64,000 nt of DNA, taken from Microcoleus sp. GTDB taxonomy: Bacteria > Cyanobacteriota > Cyanobacteriia > Cyanobacteriales > Microcoleaceae. Location: positions 512,001 to 576,000 of the forward strand of contig JAYFMW010000030.1 in the NCBI GenBank assembly GCA_042408215.1. The letters are read 5' to 3'. Of the stretch, positions 59,196 to 64,000 are shown in pieces. Both the position numbers and the translations under genes were made by a program. Below the pieces are notes generated by a model. The model had not been told where the DNA came from. It did no database searches and was given only the letters and a program-made list of their open reading frames with translations. Within the stretch, counting starts at the first letter, position 1; the number at the start of each line of letters is the position of its first letter.

Positions 59196-59915
59196 GGCGT
59201 TGTCCTCTACTTATATTCTCAATCTTGACAGATTGTCGATCGAAACGCTTGTGGAGATATCCCCCCTAGGGTTGGTTAGAGAATTCTACCTGGGAGTATT
59301 GGGAATTGGGATTGGGAGGATTGGGCAAGCTGTGTCAGTCGTCAGTTGGGCATACTTGGGCTCTTGGGCCTTGGGCCTTGGCAGCCTTCGGTTGACTCTT
59401 GGGATTAAATCCTCTGCTTCATCGGAATGGTCGTAAACTGAGGACACGGCACTGCCGTGTCCCTGACAACTGGCGTAGTGACACGGCACTGCCGAGACCT
59501 CGGACATACCGATGCAACCGGACACGATATGAGCGGTTGAAACCGCCCACTCCCTTGTATTTTCAGATTTTCAAACGGTTCGTACAGTGAACCGTTTTTT
59601 AGTATAAAATAACACTTAGATTTTTCAATGTTTTGAACAGAGCCGATCGCCTGAATTACTGACATTTCGATCGCTCAAACTCAGTCAAAAAAAACATTTA
59701 TTGATGCTCAATATTGTCTGAAACCATTGTATTGATTGACTCTCAGCATAATGTAACTTCTCACTCTGGGTATCAGTCATCCAATTTTCAGCATTACTGA
59801 CAACCCCGATATCGACATCAACTATCTAAGTACACATTTGCCAATTTAGTATAATAAAATACCCGTAAGTCAAAAAACGGATAGACCATGAATTTAATCC
59901 CAAAAACCCTCCCAC

Positions 59916-61028
59916 TCACGAAGCTTGAAACGTCCATCTTTGGTCGCCGATCGCAATTTCGCAGCCGGAAGTTAGCCAGAAAGGTTCGTTAGCGGCCAGT
60001 CTTTGTCCACCGACAAAAGTGCCGTTGGAACTGCCGCAATCTACAAGTTGATATCGCTGTTTTCCTTGTTCGTCATTGGCCCGGCGGATCTGAGCGTGGT
60101 GGCGGGAACTTTGCGGATCTTGTAACACTAATGTATTAGTCGGTTCCCGTCCGATTGTAAAGGGATTTGCTGTGAGGGCGATCGCCTGTCCAGAAAGTTT
60201 GTATACTAAATATGCGGTTGTTTGGCGATCGCTACTTGCTAATACCGTCGGTGCAAGTTGGGGGGGATTTCTCGCAGGTGGGAGACTGTTTTGAGCGAGT
60301 TGTTCTGTGAGTTGTCTTAAATCGCGATCGAATCCTGCTGTATCAGAAGCTGGCAGATTTGCAGGAGATTGAGCTGCTATTAAGTTTAACTGTTGTACGG
60401 GAGCTTGAGGCAGAATTGGCCGCCCTGCTTCGGCTATTCTCATTTGTAGGGCGGCGGAGTTTTCGGCTTCTTGTCTGGCGCTCATTCCTTCAACTTGGCG
60501 AATAACTCCGTTAGTTTCGGGAAAGCTGACATCGCCAATTCGCACATCTTCTAAGTTAAATCCTAATGTGTAGAAGTCTTGGACGCGATCGAGCAAGTTT
60601 TGGCGCAGCAACAGCCGTCCTTGACTGATAAGCTGGTTGAGGGGAATTTGCCCGATCGCAACTCCCATGCAATCTTTAACTGCACTTGCTAAAGCAGCGA
60701 TCGGATCGGACAATTCTAATGCTACTCTTTTCGGATCTATAACTTGATAAATAACTGTCAGTGTAGCATCAATTAAAAACCGATCTTTAGACAAAAAATC
60801 GCCCTGAGAGTGTACGTCTAAGTTGCGGAGTTTGGTGTCTACGAGAACAATTTGACACTGTTCGAGCAAGGGAAGGGCAAAGGTGAAATGCCGCCCCGCT
60901 TTCAGGGTACGCACGACGCGGCCGTTTTTGACCAGCAAACCCGCGTAACCGGCCCCGATAAAGTCCATGCTTAAGCCGGCCCAGCGTTCGGGTGTGACGG
61001 TTTGAATCAGGGGAGAAGCGTTGTTCAT
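59916..61028 (-). CDS. SPFH (band 7)-FHA domain protein
   Basis: N-terminal SPFH (LKAGRHF, LSKDRF, YQVIDP); C-terminal FHA (IGRE, SSRHHA, DCGSSNGTFV). Confidence 0.85.
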   Translation of the reverse strand: MNNASPLIQTVTPERWAGLSMDFIGAGYAGLLVKNGRVVRTLKAGRHFTFALPLLEQCQIVLVDTKLRNLDVHSQGDFLSKDRFLIDATLTVIYQVIDPKRVALELSDPIAALASAVKDCMGVAIGQIPLNQLISQGRLLLRQNLLDRVQDFYTLGFNLEDVRIGDVSFPETNGVIRQVEGMSARQEAENSAALQMRIAEAGRPILPQAPVQQLNLIAAQSPANLPASDTAGFDRDLRQLTEQLAQNSLPPARNPPQLAPTVLASSDRQTTAYLVYKLSGQAIALTANPFTIGREPTNTLVLQDPQSSRHHAQIRRANDEQGKQRYQLVDCGSSNGTFVGGQRLAANEPFWLTSGCEIAIGDQRWTFQAS

Positions 61029-61197
61029 GGGAGGGAGTTCGAGGGAGGGGAGATTCTATTTTGAGAATAGCAAATTGCTGGGGGGCGCGATCGGGCGGTG
61101 TGCCGGTTCCGCAACTTCTATTCTATACTTCTGGAGTGCTAGGGATTCCGCCCGGACTGGATCTAGTTTGCATCTAGTTTGCATCTAGTTTGCACTG

Positions 61198-61362
61198 ATA
61201 CCAATTTAATGGGTCGTTGCACATATTTCGATCCGCCTAAATCCCCCTTAAGAAGGGAGTAGGGTGTGAGTAGGGGTTGACTTTGATCGGAATCTTGTCC
61301 CCCCCTTATTAAGGGGGGTTAGGGGGGATCAGATTCTATGCAACGACCTATAAAATTGGTAT
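61198..61362. repeat. MITE-like repeat with TIR ATACCAATTT/AAATTGGTAT
   Basis: Same family as 21981-22147. Confidence 0.75.
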
Positions 61363-61436
61363 GAGGGCGATCGAAATGCCGTTCGTAGGGTAATTTATTT
61401 GCTATACTTAAGGTATCATCCTAGTTTGTAAGCCAG

Positions 61437-61925
61437 ATGAACACGAGCGCGATCGCCCTTTCAGATGAGCGCCTCCTGAAGTTACAAAAAATCGCCAACG
61501 ACCTGAATCTATCAATAGAAGAGTTGGTATTAATAGGCATAGAAAACTTACTCGCACAGTCAGAAGTTTCTGCACCAAATCCCGCTCAAAATATCCTCAA
61601 CAAAAGTGCGGAAATTTCCGCAGAGGTAGTTGACAGATTTTATGCACTAGCCTCGGATTGGGAAAAAGAGGTTGCTGGACTTTCTTCAACTGCCCAAATG
61701 TCTCAGCATCCGGCGTATCTGGAAATTATTAATATGGGCCGTAAAATCGTGCCGCTGTTGCTATCGGAACTGAAAAGAAATCCCCTTTACTGGTTATCGG
61801 CGTTGAGTGCAATTACGGGCGAAAATCCCATTAAGCCCGAACAAAGGGGAAGGGTAAAACAGATGGCATCAGCTTGGATAGATTGGGGGAGAAATCAAGG
61901 CTACGCGATTGAATATAATGTATAG
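61437..61925 (+). CDS. Hypothetical protein (possible DNA-binding N-terminus plus helical domain; antitoxin/immunity-like)
   Basis: HPAYLEIINMG..IVPLLL.EL...W..AL.AITGENP motif; overlaps the next ORF. Confidence 0.65.
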   Translation: MNTSAIALSDERLLKLQKIANDLNLSIEELVLIGIENLLAQSEVSAPNPAQNILNKSAEISAEVVDRFYALASDWEKEVAGLSSTAQMSQHPAYLEIINMGRKIVPLLLSELKRNPLYWLSALSAITGENPIKPEQRGRVKQMASAWIDWGRNQGYAIEYNV

Positions 61926-62190
61926 AAGACCAGAATTTGAATTTAAGTGGCCCAATTTGTCTCGCACGGATTATCAAGTTACCAGTCTCAAATCTCAAGA
62001 ATATAACTGCTTTGCATGGGCTGCTGAGGAAGACGATCGTTGGTGGAAACCGATACCTGGAGAGCAATTTTATTGGCCTGATGGTGTGCCACAAGAGGAG
62101 ACTCTAGAAGCGTATATTCAGGCTTATGAGACGCTTTGGCATTGCTTTAGTATTACCGGGCTACCGCATCTACAGCACTTACCAAGGTAG
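61918..62190 (+). pseudogene. Truncated YNCxAWA-motif protein (DUF7689-like)
   Basis: YQVTS..SQEYNCFAWAA..RWW.P..YWP then loss of similarity after AYETL; the expected C-terminal half was not found in any frame. Confidence 0.55.
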
Positions 62191-62255
62191 CTATGACCCT
62201 TGATAAGCATAAGCTTGACGGCATCACTCAAATTACTGCAAAAATTTTGCATTGT

Positions 62256-62465
62256 TCAGAGTAAATCTTCTTCAGATAGCTGGGCTATTTTCATTAAGGC
62301 TCTCAAGGTTCCAACTTTCAAATCTTGATTGCGGTGAACAGGAATTGACAAAATTTGCTCTAATTCTGGGTTTTCATAGATATGATGACTGCCAGTAATT
62401 CTTTTCAAAACCCAACCTTTCTGCTCTACTATTTTGCAAAGTTGTTTGCCAGAAATAGATTTCAT
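62256..62465 (-). CDS. hicA: HicA-family toxin
   Basis: GWVLKRITGSHHIY...IPVH..DLKVGTL. Confidence 0.9.
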   Translation of the reverse strand: MKSISGKQLCKIVEQKGWVLKRITGSHHIYENPELEQILSIPVHRNQDLKVGTLRALMKIAQLSEEDLL

Positions 62466-62665
62466 ACAGCAATCTCCACAATTTTATCTGTGGAGGCAAC
62501 TGCTTCACGACTATTAGCAACTTCGAGCCAGCCGACCATAGCATCTTTTAAATTAATCATCACTTCTTCGATAGTGTCTCCTTCAGTAATGCACCCCGGC
62601 AGTGCGGGAACTTCTGCCCAATAGCCACCTTCTTCTGCTGGATGAATGATTGCTCTAATTTTCAT
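62462..62665 (-). CDS. hicB: HicB-family antitoxin (short, no DNA-binding domain)
   Basis: EEGGYWAEVPALPGCITEGDT; ATGA overlap with hicA. Confidence 0.9.
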   Translation of the reverse strand: MKIRAIIHPAEEGGYWAEVPALPGCITEGDTIEEVMINLKDAMVGWLEVANSREAVASTDKIVEIAV

Positions 62666-62735
62666 ACATTTATTCAGTTATTTGTTAAGCCTATCATAGC
62701 AAATATCAATCAATTATAGTTAGTATCTAGTAGAA

Positions 62736-63074
62736 TCATTGCAACACTTCCCAATCTTCCAACGAAACCGCAGGTTCAAACGGTTCATCATAATCAATAA
62801 CTGTACCGCGCAAAGGATATAGAAAAGTATTTTTCATGGTTTCATTTACCAAATTTAGATAGCTAATGAATTCTCGATATCCATCCAATTCTGTTTGTTC
62901 TTCGGAAGTTAGATTTGATGCTTGTTGTTGAGCTGTTAAAGTTTTAATTCGTTCCTGGGTTTGAATGGAAGCGCTGAATATTAAGAGTCCGTTGACTAAT
63001 TCAATGTGGACAGAACCTTCGCTGGGTAAACTGTTGGGTAAGTGAGGCAGTTTGAGGGGTAAATTAGCAATCAT
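62736..63074 (-). CDS. Hypothetical antitoxin-like protein (apparent chimera)
   Basis: N-terminal EG.V.IEL..G..IF.AS...QERI..L...LT.EE..ELD.Y joined to a YPLRG...YDEPFEPA...DWEVL tail. Confidence 0.55.
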   Translation of the reverse strand: MIANLPLKLPHLPNSLPSEGSVHIELVNGLLIFSASIQTQERIKTLTAQQQASNLTSEEQTELDGYREFISYLNLVNETMKNTFLYPLRGTVIDYDEPFEPAVSLEDWEVLQ

Positions 63075-63214
63075 GGCATTAATTGACTGTATTTAATGTT
63101 GATTTTTCAATTATACCGATCGCAGTGAAAATTAGGTTATGTTAAACTACAACTAGCCTGCCGGCGTTTTAGCGTAAGTTATAATCAAGATCGATGTGTC
63201 CGGTTAATCTCCCA

Positions 63215-63508
63215 ATGACTACACAATCTGCTTCGCGTTATGTCGCACGTCACCCTGAAATCTTGCAAGGGGAACCAATTATCGCAGGAACGAGAACTTC
63301 TGTTCGTGCGATCGTGGAATTGTGGCGTTTAGGTATTACTCCTGAAGAAATCCCGATGCACTTACCTCATCTGAAATTAGCTCAAATTTTTGACGCACTG
63401 AGCTTTTATTTGGATAACCAAGAAGAAATAAATACTTATATTGAGCGCAATCGAATTCCTGAAGAATTGATTCATCCTGCTGTGAAAGCTGCCATGAAAA
63501 AACTGTGA
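63215..63508 (+). CDS. DUF433 domain protein (antitoxin-like)
   Basis: PEILQGEPIIAGTRTSVRAIV...G.TPEEI...L.LAQIFDALSFY. Confidence 0.88.
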   Translation: MTTQSASRYVARHPEILQGEPIIAGTRTSVRAIVELWRLGITPEEIPMHLPHLKLAQIFDALSFYLDNQEEINTYIERNRIPEELIHPAVKAAMKKL

Positions 63509-63570
63509 AACTATTTGCAACTACCTTACAATAAAAATTGAAACTAATTAGGGGGTGAGCAAGAGTTATA

Positions 63571-63916
63571 ATGAAACTACCCAATGGTGATCGGGCTGAA
63601 GTTTCTCTGCAAAAGCTAGTCGGCTACTGCTTAAATCCAGAGCAATAAGAGCGGAAAACACAAAGCCAGAGTCTTTGCATCGGTTTTGGGAATCACGGCT
63701 AATAATGCAGAAGTTTTGCAAGAGCTTATTCAAAAAGCAGCCATTGAAGGTGAAGTTGTCCAAGAAAATACTACTGATTTTGGGCAACAGTTTAAAGTTG
63801 ATTGGACTATACCCGATACAGCGGGGATTGAGCTTCGGACAATCTGGGAAATTACTCGGACTAATTCTAACCCTCGTTTGATTTCAGCTTTTTTAAACCA
63901 TGATAAAAAACTTTAG
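63571..63916 (+). CDS. DUF6883-like protein split by a +1 frameshift at ~63644
   Basis: MKLPNGDRAEVSLQKLVGYCLNPE then CAATAA; deleting one A gives HKSGKHKARVFASVLGIT...LRTIWEI...PRLISAF. Confidence 0.75.
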
Positions 63917-64000
63917 ACTTTTGGATTCTGTGGCGATTCTCAATCCGGTTTCAAATACGCGATTAACGCTAGTGGAACCGGAATACGAATCTGTTTCTAG
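63900..64000 (+). CDS. DUF4926-like protein, 3'-partial
   Basis: MIKNFRLLDSVAILNPVSNTRLTLVEPEYESVS; usual partner downstream of DUF6883. Confidence 0.6.
   Translation, partial: MIKNFRLLDSVAILNPVSNTRLTLVEPEYESVS

Noticed and set aside
59149..59665. Short overlapping ORFs
   Set aside because: Overlap the omegaRNA end and REP-like GACACGGCACTGCCGTGTC repeats; no RBS or motifs

Overview
Chromosomal segment of a filamentous cyanobacterium. The very frequent HIP1 GCGATCGC sites, heptamer STRR arrays and dispersed palindromic/MITE repeats are Oscillatoriales/Microcoleus-like (inference). Core genes include raf1, a UvrD-like helicase, an S1-domain protein, wzc-wza/wzy-like EPS genes, hik33/nblS, purD, purK plus 6S RNA, rpmI-rplT-ycf37, holA, cbiET, cyAbrB and lpxD, and there is a receiver-CheC-diguanylate cyclase operon. 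Main accessory feature 1 is a ~19.8-kb headless contractile phage-tail (CIS/tailocin-like) operon on the minus strand (25.7-45.5 kb). It has no capsid, terminase, lysis, PAAR or AAA-ATPase gene, carries an unannotated -1 programmed-frameshift tail chaperone, and includes a remnant second tail-fibre gene. Main accessory feature 2 is six IS200/IS605/IS607 (OMEGA-type) elements. Two of these are ORF-less HEARO/IscB-omegaRNA elements inserted immediately before an ATGA Met codon (one at codon 5 of the CIS sheath gene), and one is an ORF-less TnpB-type element with its own promoter. A toxin-antitoxin-like gene graveyard occupies the right end. Three +1 single-base frameshifts (raf1, CIS hub, DUF6883) may be assembly errors. 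All family calls are by motif recognition only; no database searches were run.
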